NCBI GenBank assembly: GCA_020632215.1
Contig: JACKFZ010000001.1
Location: forward strand, 17,444-81,443
From: Candidatus Nomurabacteria bacterium
GTDB taxonomy: Bacteria > Patescibacteriota > Minisyncoccia > Phycocordibacterales > JAACPR01
DNA: 64,000 nt
Direction: 5' to 3'
The position numbers and the translations under genes were made by a program. Of the stretch, positions 49,539 through 59,340 are shown piece by piece; the stretch's first letter is position 1; each line of letters begins with the position of its first letter. A model generated the notes under the pieces. It ran no database searches, was not told the DNA's origin, and worked only from the letters and a program-made list of their open reading frames with translations.

Positions 49539-51436
49539 AAAAGACTTTGTGCTCCCACCACTACCTTATATTGTGGTGGCAATGACATTAACTTTTGATG
49601 TAATTCTTGATCAATCCATTTTTCAGGATTTATTTTTATCAATCCATTGAGGATATACTTTCCTTTTTGTTCTTGTGTAAAAGCAGGGTAAATTATTAGC
49701 TCTGTTGGCTCTAAATATTCTTTTAGTTTCTCAAACTCTTTTTCAACCGAATATTTTTTGCCAGCTAAACTTATTTTTATCAAAAGTGAGAAAGGTGGAT
49801 AGTTGAATTGTTTTCTCTTTATAAATTCATCTCTATAAAAGTCTGATAAGTTGCCACGAATAGCTAATTCAAAAATAGGGTCGTCTATCCTTCTGGTTTG
49901 GACAAAAAAGTTTTGGGTGGCCCTATTTCTAATTTTAAGTAAAATTCTCATCACTCGTTCTCTGATCGCAAAATCTGGTAAAGAGAGGAGGGAATCAATG
50001 CTGACGATAGCAGTATTTTCAACTGGATTTTTCAAATACAGAAGTGCCATTTCTGTGCCAACAAGAACACTTCCAGGAGTATCATAAAAATCTTCTGCTA
50101 CTTGGCGAGCTTGTCTAGCAGTCTTAGTATTATCGCTATCTATAACAAAAACTTTTTGATCAGGAAATTTTTCTTTGATCGCTTCTACTGTTGTGCCAAC
50201 GCCTATGCCAAGAGGTCGTAATTTCCAGCTATTACAATGACGACAAAGTTCACCAGCACTCCTCTCATCACCACAAACGTGGCATTTGAAAAAATTTTCT
50301 TTCTTGGTGGCATCTTTGCCATGCAGAACCACGGGAGCAGTACATTGATTACATTGCACCACAGTTCCACAATCACCACATATAATAGTTGGCGCTAGTC
50401 CACGACGACCAGCAAAGAGAAAAGTTTGCTCATTTTTTTCTTTTGTCGCTTTGATTAGTGAGATAACATCGTTAGATAATACTGCAAACATTTCACCACC
50501 ATTTTGTCTGTCTTTTGTCATATCTATGAACTTCTGCGTGGCAGAAGAAAGTGAACGGAATTTCATTGGTGCAAATTCTTCAAATTGATGATTGTCAAAA
50601 CGCCAAAGAGTTTCTGTTCTCATCATGATGTCACCCAAGACAAATTTAGCTCCAAGTTTCTTGGCATAATCTTCAGCCAGCATTCTAATATCCAGGTAAG
50701 GATTTTTTTGTATTTTATAAATAGATGAACTTTCTTTATCTAAAATTATGCAACCGATATCATGTCTAGGTACCCCAAGAAATATTGGCGTAGTGATAAG
50801 CACAATTGGTTTTTCTGATTCTATAATTTTATTCCACTGGTCAACTACTTGTTTTTTGGTCATACCACTATGCAAAATGAAAGCATAGTTTTCTATACCT
50901 TTTGATAAGTTTTCTTCTGCCCATAATACATCCTCGGTCGTTGGGAAGATGGCAATGACTGACTTGTTTTTGACAAATTGGCCACGAATTAAATTTTTAT
51001 AATGAGAAAAACGATCTGTAATATTCGATTGTAAAATAAATCGCTCGGGCTCTTTTTCAGCGGCTTTATTCCTCGATTCTTTTGGGTTCTGTAATTTATT
51101 AATACCATCCAATATTATTGCTGAAGTTAAATTTTGCAGAACATTACCAGGTGTAGAGGCAAAATAATCAGCTATTCCAAATGCGACATTAACAAATTCT
51201 TTTTGATAGAGAGTGTTTTTTGTAACACCTTTTATTTTTTTTAGTTTAAACTTGGAAGATTTAAGATTCTCTTTTTCTTTACTTAGGTCTTCTGTTTTGA
51301 TAACCAAACCCAAGGCATTTTTATTTCTAAGTTCTATAGTTACGATAGAGCCAATATTTATTTTTTTAGATGAAAAATATGAAAGAGAGTCTTTTCTAAA
51401 ATTTTTAGCAAATGGTACAACTTGGATTAAATACAT
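49535..51436 (-). CDS. priA: primosomal protein N' (PriA)-like, with degenerate Walker A/B motifs
   Basis: N-terminal 3'-DNA-binding domain, a helicase core with LHSGMTKKQ, and a Cys-rich CGDCG..CNQC...CHVCGDE...CRHC zinc region. The Walker A position reads QFVKNKSV instead of GxxGSGKT, and the DEEH box reads LDKES. Confidence 0.65.
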   Translation of the reverse strand: MYLIQVVPFAKNFRKDSLSYFSSKKINIGSIVTIELRNKNALGLVIKTEDLSKEKENLKSSKFKLKKIKGVTKNTLYQKEFVNVAFGIADYFASTPGNVLQNLTSAIILDGINKLQNPKESRNKAAEKEPERFILQSNITDRFSHYKNLIRGQFVKNKSVIAIFPTTEDVLWAEENLSKGIENYAFILHSGMTKKQVVDQWNKIIESEKPIVLITTPIFLGVPRHDIGCIILDKESSSIYKIQKNPYLDIRMLAEDYAKKLGAKFVLGDIMMRTETLWRFDNHQFEEFAPMKFRSLSSATQKFIDMTKDRQNGGEMFAVLSNDVISLIKATKEKNEQTFLFAGRRGLAPTIICGDCGTVVQCNQCTAPVVLHGKDATKKENFFKCHVCGDERSAGELCRHCNSWKLRPLGIGVGTTVEAIKEKFPDQKVFVIDSDNTKTARQARQVAEDFYDTPGSVLVGTEMALLYLKNPVENTAIVSIDSLLSLPDFAIRERVMRILLKIRNRATQNFFVQTRRIDDPIFELAIRGNLSDFYRDEFIKRKQFNYPPFSLLIKISLAGKKYSVEKEFEKLKEYLEPTELIIYPAFTQEQKGKYILNGLIKINPEKWIDQELHQKLMSLPPQYKVVVGAQSLL

Positions 51437-51534
51437 AGTATGACTATAGCGATAAGTGAGTTTTTTTCAAGAAGAACACTATTCTTTCAAAAAAGATGAA
51501 AATAAGCTAGTATAGGCCTACTCAAATACAAATC

Positions 51535-52548
51535 ATGTCATTTTTTACTCCAAAATTAGGAATAGATCTTGGAACGGCAAATACTCTTGTTTTTATGCCT
51601 AAAAAGGGAATAGTGCTTAACGAACCTTCTGTTGTGGCTGTCTCCGAACAAGATAACAAAGTACTAGCTGTAGGGAATGAGGCTAAGCATATGATTGGTA
51701 GAACTCCAGAAAGTATCATTGCTTATCGTCCAATGCGAGATGGTGTTATTGCTGACTATAGAGTCACAGAAGCAATGCTTCGATATTATTTCAACAAAGC
51801 TCTCGGTAAATGGAATTTTTTCAAACCAGAAGTGATGGTTAGTGTGCCAGCTGGTGTTACTTCTACAGAGAGAAGAGCTGTCATTGAAGCATCTATCAAG
51901 GCTGGTGCTAAAAATGCATATATTGTTAAAGAACCAATTCTCGCTGCGATTGGTGCTGGTATTCCGATTCAAGAAGCTCAAGGTCATATGATTGTTGATA
52001 TTGGAGGAGGAACAACAGATGTTGCCGTAATATCGCTTGGAGGAATTGTTTCTTCTACTTCTGTGAAATGTGCAGGAAATAGAATAGATCAAGCCATTAT
52101 TGATTATGTAAAAAAGACTTTTAATCTTGCTATTGGAGATAAAACAGCTGAGCAGATAAAGATAAAAATTGGATCTGCTGTTTTTATGGATGATGAGCTG
52201 GAGATGACTATTAAAGGTCGTGACTATTTGACAGGTTTACCACGATCAACAACTATTAAGACAAATGAAATTGTTAAAGCCATTAGCAAAGAGCTTAATG
52301 AGATGATTAGAGCTATCAAAGATGTCTTGCAAGAAACTCCGCCAGAACTAGCTTCAGACATTATTGATCATGGAATTACTATGACCGGAGGTTCATCTCA
52401 ACTTCGAAATCTAACAGAACTTGTTTACAGAAGAACTGGTGTCAAAGCCGTTTTAGCAAAAGATGCCCTCTATTGTGTAGTCAAGGGAACTGGTATTGCT
52501 CTTAATCATCTCGATACTTACAAGAGAAGTATTATTTCTAAACGTTAA
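51535..52548 (+). CDS. mreB: rod shape-determining actin homolog MreB
   Basis: LGIDLGTANTLVF, EPSVVAV and DIGGGTTDVAVIS actin-fold motifs. Confidence 0.9.
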   Translation: MSFFTPKLGIDLGTANTLVFMPKKGIVLNEPSVVAVSEQDNKVLAVGNEAKHMIGRTPESIIAYRPMRDGVIADYRVTEAMLRYYFNKALGKWNFFKPEVMVSVPAGVTSTERRAVIEASIKAGAKNAYIVKEPILAAIGAGIPIQEAQGHMIVDIGGGTTDVAVISLGGIVSSTSVKCAGNRIDQAIIDYVKKTFNLAIGDKTAEQIKIKIGSAVFMDDELEMTIKGRDYLTGLPRSTTIKTNEIVKAISKELNEMIRAIKDVLQETPPELASDIIDHGITMTGGSSQLRNLTELVYRRTGVKAVLAKDALYCVVKGTGIALNHLDTYKRSIISKR

Positions 52549-52584
52549 AAATGACCGAAATTGCATCGGTCATAGGTATTCTTT

Positions 52585-52791
52585 TCAAGTAGATTTTTCT
52601 CGGTCTCTGACAAGAATACCTGAAGTGCTTCTCCAAAAAGGTGGCTTGGGTTTGTCTGGATGATTGTCTATTAGTTTTCTGGCTTCTTCTTCTAGTTGGG
52701 GAATATTGTCTCGGATTTTTATTAAGGTTTCATAACCAAGGTCTTTTTCGACCAGGCTCCAGAGGAGTCTGTAGATAATAGAGGTGCTCAT
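52585..52791 (-). CDS. hypothetical protein
   Basis: 68-aa ORF. No motifs. Confidence 0.2.
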   Translation of the reverse strand: MSTSIIYRLLWSLVEKDLGYETLIKIRDNIPQLEEEARKLIDNHPDKPKPPFWRSTSGILVRDREKST

Positions 52792-52852
52792 TTGCTATAT
52801 GATTATATCATAAATTCTTGGAATTTATCTATAAAACAAAAAGGAAGAGGAC

Positions 52853-53344
52853 TCATCCGGAGTCCTCGAGATCTTCGAAAAGTCTGACTTGATCAAAGCG
52901 AACAAGATTGGTATCTCTTGGGGAGCTAGTATTGATTTTTTTTACGATGGCTGCTAGGTGTATTTCAGAATCTCTCCTTTTCCCTCGGCTTGGAAAAAAA
53001 GAAGCAAATCCGACATATAAGCAGATTCCGTCTGGTGCGAATACTGGCATAGAAGAATTCCTTCTTGGATTCTCTACGACAATTTGTTGATTATGGAACT
53101 TGTTCTGTAGTTTTATGAGATTTTCCAAGGTTATTGTAGGTGGGACCTTCTTTGAGTGTTCACCCAACATAACCGAGTAAGTCAACTCTGTGAATCTTTT
53201 CCGGACCGGGTTTGGTAAATCATCTTCAACCCCGGGCATTTTGAGACCAGCCTCAATGAGACGTTCATACATGCCTTCGATACTTATTTTTGGTTGAGGT
53301 TTTCTTCTTCTGGGTGGGACGGATAATACTGGTGTTCTTTTCAT
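52853..53344 (-). CDS. hypothetical protein
   Basis: 163-aa ORF with a basic N-terminus. No motifs. Confidence 0.3.
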   Translation of the reverse strand: MKRTPVLSVPPRRRKPQPKISIEGMYERLIEAGLKMPGVEDDLPNPVRKRFTELTYSVMLGEHSKKVPPTITLENLIKLQNKFHNQQIVVENPRRNSSMPVFAPDGICLYVGFASFFPSRGKRRDSEIHLAAIVKKINTSSPRDTNLVRFDQVRLFEDLEDSG

Positions 53345-53508
53345 GATATTTTCAATTTGAATTTTTCTGAGCCTATATAACCAAAAAGATGTTTTGATGT
53401 CAAAGTGATGACTTACTAAATATAGACAAAGTAGCTATATTATTACTTCTTACATTTTTAATAAAAATTTATTGTAATTTTATCTATTAATGATATAAAT
53501 TAAATAGT

Positions 53509-54087
53509 ATGGAAAATAGCAATATTATTTTTAATGTTAATGCTCTCACACTCCTTGTTGCAATAGTGCTTTTCTTCATTTCGTTGCTAGCTATTATTTG
53601 GAAGGGTAAAAAGGAAATAGCTAACACCATAAAAGAATCTATAGGAGATTTTAAAGATAGATTTATTTCTTTAGAAAATAAGATGGAAATTCTATGGAAA
53701 GATGAAATTGCTCCTGCGAGATCTCCTAGTCAGCTGAATGATAGAGGCAAGGTTCTTCTTAATGAAAGTGGTATAAAAGATATTGTGGACGATAAGAAGG
53801 ATGAGCTAGTCCAACTAGTAAAAGAAAAGAATACCAATAGCCCCTACGATGCTAAGGTTGCCATAGAATATGTAATGTCTCAATTACCTAAACATTTCCC
53901 CGATGTTATCGATAAACTAAAAAATGGTGCTTTTGAAACTGGTTCTGATATAGAAAGTATTTTGTTTGCTAGTAGCATTTATTTGAGAAACCAAATCTTT
54001 AAAAAATTGAGATTTTCTGTAACAGATCTAGATGATGATAAAAGTCAACCTAATTGTGACTTGCTAAGTTATGGGATATTTATCTAA
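53509..54087 (+). CDS. hypothetical membrane-anchored protein
   Basis: N-terminal TM helix, then a soluble domain. Confidence 0.35.
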   Translation: MENSNIIFNVNALTLLVAIVLFFISLLAIIWKGKKEIANTIKESIGDFKDRFISLENKMEILWKDEIAPARSPSQLNDRGKVLLNESGIKDIVDDKKDELVQLVKEKNTNSPYDAKVAIEYVMSQLPKHFPDVIDKLKNGAFETGSDIESILFASSIYLRNQIFKKLRFSVTDLDDDKSQPNCDLLSYGIFI

Positions 54088-54739
54088 AACCAATCTCCAC
54101 CATGCCTATATTTGCGAAGGTGATAAAAAGGAAATCTATAATAATCTCTGTACTTTCTGTCAGAATGATTTGAATTTTAAAATCAAGGCTAACCCAGACT
54201 TTGTTTATGAGGAATATGACAAACTTTTGATTTCTCATGCTAGAAGATTGAGAGATATACAGATGAACAAAACTACTGACAGAGGTAGAAAAATTTATAT
54301 AATCTCTTTCAACTTTATTACAATAGAAGCTCAGAATGCTTTGCTAAAAGTTCTTGAAGAACCAACAGAAGGAACACATTTCTTTTTCATCACTCCATCA
54401 GCACATATTTTTTTGCCAACAGTTCTCTCTAGAGTAAATGTCATTAGTTATAAGAAGAGTCTCGATAGAGTCAGTTCTAATTTTTTGAAAAAGAGTTTGA
54501 AAGAGAAAATGAATCTAGTGACAAAGATGGTTAATGATATTAAAGATGAAAAAGTCAGCAAATTTGAAGCAATAGTTTTTGCTAGAGAAGTGGCACTAGA
54601 TATATATAATGATGCAAAAAAGAAAAACGATTATCAAAAACTGAAAAAACTTTCTGAAATAGAGAAGATCATTGATTATTTACATAGTACAGGATCTTCC
54701 GTTAAACAGCTTTTGGAATACTTGGTTTTGCTAACCTAG
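54071..54739 (+). CDS. holB: DNA polymerase III delta-prime subunit-like
   Basis: HAYICEG in place of the P-loop, plus NALLKVLEEP and the TVLSRV sensor motif. Confidence 0.6.
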   Translation: MGYLSKTNLHHAYICEGDKKEIYNNLCTFCQNDLNFKIKANPDFVYEEYDKLLISHARRLRDIQMNKTTDRGRKIYIISFNFITIEAQNALLKVLEEPTEGTHFFFITPSAHIFLPTVLSRVNVISYKKSLDRVSSNFLKKSLKEKMNLVTKMVNDIKDEKVSKFEAIVFAREVALDIYNDAKKKNDYQKLKKLSEIEKIIDYLHSTGSSVKQLLEYLVLLT

Positions 54740-54776
54740 TTTGCCGAAAGGGCATTTTTTTTGATAACATAGCGCT

Positions 54777-55328
54777 ATGAAACACAACATTAATGATTTT
54801 AAAAGAGGATTATCAGACATTGAGGAGTGGTTGAAAAAAGAGATGTCTGGTATTAGAACAGGACGAGCAACCATCAATTTGCTAGATTCTGTCATGGTTG
54901 AATCTTATGGTACCAAAAGTCCTATCAATCAGAATGCTACTATAAATATAGAAGATCCAAAGACAATTCGTATTGTTCCGTGGGATAAGAGTCTGATACA
55001 AGCCATAGAGAAGTCTATTACGGTTGCTGATCTAGGAATTTCTACTTCTGTTGATGGAGAAGGCTTAAGAGTTATTTTTCCAAATCTGACAACTGAAACT
55101 AGAGAAAAATTGGTAAAGCAAGCAAAAGGAAAAATGGAAGAAGCAAAGATTTCGACTAGAAATGAGAGGAACAAAATAATGAAAGAAATCGACGAAGATA
55201 AAAAAGATGGTGGTTTACCAGAAGATGATATGAAAAGAGCCAAAGATGAGGTCGAGTCTTTGATTAAAAAAAGCCACGATGCGTTTGAAGATTTATTAAA
55301 AAAGAAAGAGCAGGAAATTTTAATCTAG
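54777..55328 (+). CDS. frr: ribosome recycling factor
   Basis: Strong match to RRF across the whole length (MSGIRTGRATINLLDSVMVESYG...). 183 aa. Confidence 0.9.
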   Translation: MKHNINDFKRGLSDIEEWLKKEMSGIRTGRATINLLDSVMVESYGTKSPINQNATINIEDPKTIRIVPWDKSLIQAIEKSITVADLGISTSVDGEGLRVIFPNLTTETREKLVKQAKGKMEEAKISTRNERNKIMKEIDEDKKDGGLPEDDMKRAKDEVESLIKKSHDAFEDLLKKKEQEILI

Positions 55329-55410
55329 TAAATAGTAAATACTAAATAGTAAGCAGATCTTTTATATACTTTACTATTTACTATTTACTATTTACTATTT
55401 ACTAACATGT
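55326..55410. repeat. (AGTAAAT)n / (ATTTACT)n inverted heptad repeat forming a ~26-bp AT-rich hairpin
   Basis: agtaaatagtaaatactaaatagtaa ...loop... ttactatttactatttactatttactatttact. Confidence 0.7.
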
Positions 55411-56495
55411 CGATAATCATATTCATAATCATACTAGGAGCACTAATTTTTGTTCATGAACTCGGACATTTTATTGTTGCCAAAAAGAGTGGCATCAGAG
55501 TTGATGAGTTTGCTATCGGATTTCCGCCAAAGATTTTTGGTTTTAGAAAAGGAGAAACGGATTATGCTTTGAATCTGATTCCTTTCGGAGGCTATGTCAA
55601 AATTTTTGGAGAAAATCCAGATGATGAATCACTGGATCCAAACGCTAAAGATAGTTTTGTTAATAAATCAAAACTGATACAAGCAGCTGTCTTGGTAGCA
55701 GGTGTTGCTTTTAATATTATTTTTGCATGGTTACTTTTTTCAATTAGTTTTATGACAGGTTTTCCATCTGTAGTTACTGATGAAACTAGAGACCGTATTT
55801 CTGATGTGAATGTAGTTGTCACGGATGTTTTAGAAAATTCACCAGCTGCTTCTATTGGTCTGCAAGTTGGAGATCAAATTGTTGCTATAAAAAGTGAAGA
55901 TAATGTTTTGGATGAAAATTTAAAAATTCCTGATGTTCAGAATTTTATTGCTAATAATCAAAATGGATTTACTCTTGAATATTTTAGAGGAGAAAATATT
56001 CAGACAAGTTATATTGTTCCGGCAGACGGAATTGTAGAAGGAAAACCTGCTATCGGAATTTCTATGGACATGATTGGCTCTCTGAAACTTCCTATACACA
56101 AGGCATTTGCTGAAGGTCTGAAAATGACAGGGCAAGTGACAAGAGATATTGCTATCGGTTTATATACATTTATTGGTCATATATTTGTTGGTAAGGCAAA
56201 TCTTGAGCAAGTGGCTGGTCCTGTAGGCATTGTCTCTCTGGTCGGCAATGCTGCACAGTTTGGATTCATCTATCTTCTAGGATTCACAGCTTTTATATCT
56301 TTAAACTTAGCAGTATTAAACTTAATACCATTTCCTGCATTAGATGGAGGAAGATTACTTTTCATTTTGATAGAGGCTATTACTAGGAAATCTATTCCAA
56401 CAAAAGTTGCTAATGTTACTAATGCTATAGGATTTGCGATACTAATTTTATTGATGGTTGTTATTACTATTAGTGATGTAGTTAAATTGTTTTAG
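55407..56495 (+). CDS. rseP: RIP metalloprotease RseP (site-2 protease, M50)
   Basis: HELGHF (HExxH), a PDZ domain, and C-terminal LDGG plus TM helices. Confidence 0.85.
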   Translation: MSIIIFIIILGALIFVHELGHFIVAKKSGIRVDEFAIGFPPKIFGFRKGETDYALNLIPFGGYVKIFGENPDDESLDPNAKDSFVNKSKLIQAAVLVAGVAFNIIFAWLLFSISFMTGFPSVVTDETRDRISDVNVVVTDVLENSPAASIGLQVGDQIVAIKSEDNVLDENLKIPDVQNFIANNQNGFTLEYFRGENIQTSYIVPADGIVEGKPAIGISMDMIGSLKLPIHKAFAEGLKMTGQVTRDIAIGLYTFIGHIFVGKANLEQVAGPVGIVSLVGNAAQFGFIYLLGFTAFISLNLAVLNLIPFPALDGGRLLFILIEAITRKSIPTKVANVTNAIGFAILILLMVVITISDVVKLF

Positions 56496-56511
56496 AAAAA
56501 AGGAAGCGCTC

Positions 56512-56901
56512 TCAACCATTCAAAAAAACAATCGAGAGCCGATAAGAGATAATGGAAAACCACAAAAGAATAAGTAATCCCAGAAGAGACAATGGGATCA
56601 GAGAAAGTGCTATCCAAGCATTTATACTTCTTTTTGCTAGGTATAACGCTCTTCTCTCGACTTCAAGCATAGTTATGTCTGGGTCTTTCGTCCTGATACT
56701 TATCTTATGGTTGCGAAAAGAAATGGAAGATCGAACATCGTATTTCATTCTCACAAAACGAATAAACGTGAGTAGTTGCATCATATAAATAGCGACATAC
56801 ATAGCAAGGTCATCTATTGGGGGAACTATATTATTCATGGTATCTATGGGGTTTTGGGTGTGTGACTTACGGTTCCGAACCATTTCTATCATACAAAGCA
56901 A
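56512..56901 (-). CDS. hypothetical membrane protein
   Basis: 129 aa with one or two TM helices near the C-terminus. Confidence 0.3.
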   Translation of the reverse strand: MLCMIEMVRNRKSHTQNPIDTMNNIVPPIDDLAMYVAIYMMQLLTFIRFVRMKYDVRSSISFRNHKISIRTKDPDITMLEVERRALYLAKRSINAWIALSLIPLSLLGLLILLWFSIISYRLSIVFLNG

Positions 56902-56936
56902 GACACTTCAATAAAGCTATTTTTTCCTGTAAACTA

Positions 56937-58196
56937 ATGCCTATGAGACAATCACAACTTTTTACTAAGACTCGAAAAGAGGCTCCTAAAGACGAGGAGG
57001 CAAAAAATGCAAAGTTATTAATTCAAGCAGGGTATATTCATAAAGAAATGGCGGGCGTTTATGACATGCTACCTTTAGGTCTGAGAGTTTTAAAAAAGAT
57101 TGAAAATATTATTAGAGAAGAGATGGACAATATTGGCGGACAAGAGATTGAACTCTCTTCTTTACAAGACAAAAACCTCTGGGAGAAAACAGACAGGTGG
57201 AATGATCAAAACGTAGATATTTGGTTTAAAACTAAATTGAAAAATGACACTGAGCTTGGGTTAGGATTTACTCACGAAGAACCACTAACTCATTTGTTGA
57301 AAGATCATATAAATTCATATAAAGATTTACCAAAATATATTTATCAATTTCAAACAAAGTTTAGAAATGAAACAAGAGCAAAGTCTGGAATTATGAGAGG
57401 CCGTGAATTTTTAATGAAAGATTTATATTCTTTTTCAAAAACAGATGAGGAGCATAGTGATTTCTATAAAAAAGCTAGAGATGCCTATTTGAAAATCTTT
57501 CAAAGAGTTGGACTAGGAGATGTTACTTTTATGACTTTTGCTAGTGGCGGAAGCTTTAGCCAATTCTCACATGAGTTTCAAACTATTACTGATGCAGGTG
57601 AGGATACCATATATCTATCAAGAGAAAAAAAGATTGCAGTTAACAAGGAAGTATATAACGATGATGTTTTGAATCAATTAGGTTTAGACAAGAGTTCTTT
57701 AGAAGAAGTAACAGCAGTGGAGGTTGGTAATATATTTAATTTAGGAACAAAATTTTCAGATGCACTTGAGTTGAAATTTAAAAATGAGAGTGGAGATTTA
57801 CAATCAGTTATTATGGGAAGTTACGGAATTGGACTCGGTAGACTAATGGGAACAGTTGTGGAAGTTATGTCAGATGAAAAAGGAATTGTGTGGCCAAAAA
57901 ATATTGCTCCTTTTGATATTCATATTTTAGTTTTAAATCAAGATGATGAAGATGTTTCAAAATATGCTTTTGATTTGTATGAGAAACTACAAAAAGAGGG
58001 GAAAGAAGTGTTAATCGATGATAGAGACAAAGGAGCTGGAGAAAAGTTTGCAGACAGTGATCTAATAGGTATTCCAACTCGAATTGTTATTAGTCGCAAA
58101 GCTGTCGATAGTAGTCTGTTTGAGATAGTAGATAGACAAAGCCAAAAAGTGACACAAGTCAACGAATCTGATATCCTAGCAGAACTAATGAGGTAA
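56937..58196 (+). CDS. proS: prolyl-tRNA synthetase, bacterial-type lacking the INS editing domain
   Basis: MPMRQSQLFTKTRKEAP...AGYIHK matches the bacterial ProRS N-terminus, with class II motifs and a C-terminal anticodon-binding domain. Start set at the internal ATG, resolving the overlap with the upstream minus-strand ORF. Confidence 0.85.
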   Translation: MPMRQSQLFTKTRKEAPKDEEAKNAKLLIQAGYIHKEMAGVYDMLPLGLRVLKKIENIIREEMDNIGGQEIELSSLQDKNLWEKTDRWNDQNVDIWFKTKLKNDTELGLGFTHEEPLTHLLKDHINSYKDLPKYIYQFQTKFRNETRAKSGIMRGREFLMKDLYSFSKTDEEHSDFYKKARDAYLKIFQRVGLGDVTFMTFASGGSFSQFSHEFQTITDAGEDTIYLSREKKIAVNKEVYNDDVLNQLGLDKSSLEEVTAVEVGNIFNLGTKFSDALELKFKNESGDLQSVIMGSYGIGLGRLMGTVVEVMSDEKGIVWPKNIAPFDIHILVLNQDDEDVSKYAFDLYEKLQKEGKEVLIDDRDKGAGEKFADSDLIGIPTRIVISRKAVDSSLFEIVDRQSQKVTQVNESDILAELMR

Positions 58197-58233
58197 TCGC
58201 TGATAGATAATATTGGCTAATATTAAGTAATAT

Positions 58234-59340
58234 ATGGACTTTAAGGGGTATATTTTGAAATATTTCGATATTGTAAAGAGGAACTTTTTTAAGCTTTTTT
58301 CTCGTGATATTGGTATAGATCTGGGAACTGCAAATACGCTAGTTTATGTTCCTGGTAAGGGGGTGGTTTTGAATGAACCTTCTGTGGTTGCCTTGAATCA
58401 AAAGACTGGTCAGGTTGTGGCTGTGGGAAAAGAGGCCAAGCAAATGCTTGGGAGAACTCCTGGACACGTTGAAGCTATTAGACCACTTGTCGATGGAGTC
58501 ATTTCTGATTTTGAGGTAACAGAAGAAATGATTAGCTATTTGGTCAAAAAGACGTTAGCAGATGAGAAAAAACTTTTTGGGCCACGAATTGTTGTCGGCG
58601 TTCCTTCGGGAGTTACAAATGTGGAATCAAGAGCAGTTCGTGATGCCACAATCAATGCAGGAGCCCGAGCAGTTTATATTGTTGAAGAACCAATGTCTGC
58701 TGCTATCGGTATTAGATTACCAGTCCATGACCCTGTTGGTAATATGATCATTGATATTGGAGGTGGCACAACAGATATTGCTGTTATCTCTCTTGGTGGG
58801 ATTGTTCGTTCTAAAAATTTAAAAATTGCAGGTGATAAATTAAACAACGACATTATTACTTATGTTAGAAATGAATTTAAAATTTTAATAGGAGAAAAAA
58901 CAGCAGAAGAAGTAAAGATAGAAGTTGGTAGTGTCGACCCTGATATGGGAAATTTTGAAGCTTCTGTCAGAGGGAGAGATTTGATTACTGGTTTACCAAG
59001 AGAAGTGATTCTAACGGATTCAGATTTGAGAGAGGCTATTGCACAGTCTGTTGCAACATTGGTTGAATCAACAAAAGAAGTTTTGGAGTCTACGCCACCA
59101 GAGCTAGTTTCTGATATTATGAGGAGAGGAATTTTTCTTGTCGGGGGCGGGGCATTGATCAAAGGTCTAGATAGGCTTTTGCAAGAAGAATTACAAATTC
59201 CAGTATCTGTAGCTAACGAGCCATTAACAGCGGTTGCTAGAGGGACTGGGGTTATATTAGAAAATCTAGAATTATATCGAGATGTTTTGATCGAAGGGGA
59301 AGATGAATTACCAAAAGAAAAGATTACAAAATCGAAATAA
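58234..59340 (+). CDS. mreB: MreB paralog (second copy) heading the mreBCD-mrdA cluster
   Basis: IGIDLGTANTLVY, EPSVVAL and DIGGGTTDIAVIS motifs. Confidence 0.85.
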   Translation: MDFKGYILKYFDIVKRNFFKLFSRDIGIDLGTANTLVYVPGKGVVLNEPSVVALNQKTGQVVAVGKEAKQMLGRTPGHVEAIRPLVDGVISDFEVTEEMISYLVKKTLADEKKLFGPRIVVGVPSGVTNVESRAVRDATINAGARAVYIVEEPMSAAIGIRLPVHDPVGNMIIDIGGGTTDIAVISLGGIVRSKNLKIAGDKLNNDIITYVRNEFKILIGEKTAEEVKIEVGSVDPDMGNFEASVRGRDLITGLPREVILTDSDLREAIAQSVATLVESTKEVLESTPPELVSDIMRRGIFLVGGGALIKGLDRLLQEELQIPVSVANEPLTAVARGTGVILENLELYRDVLIEGEDELPKEKITKSK

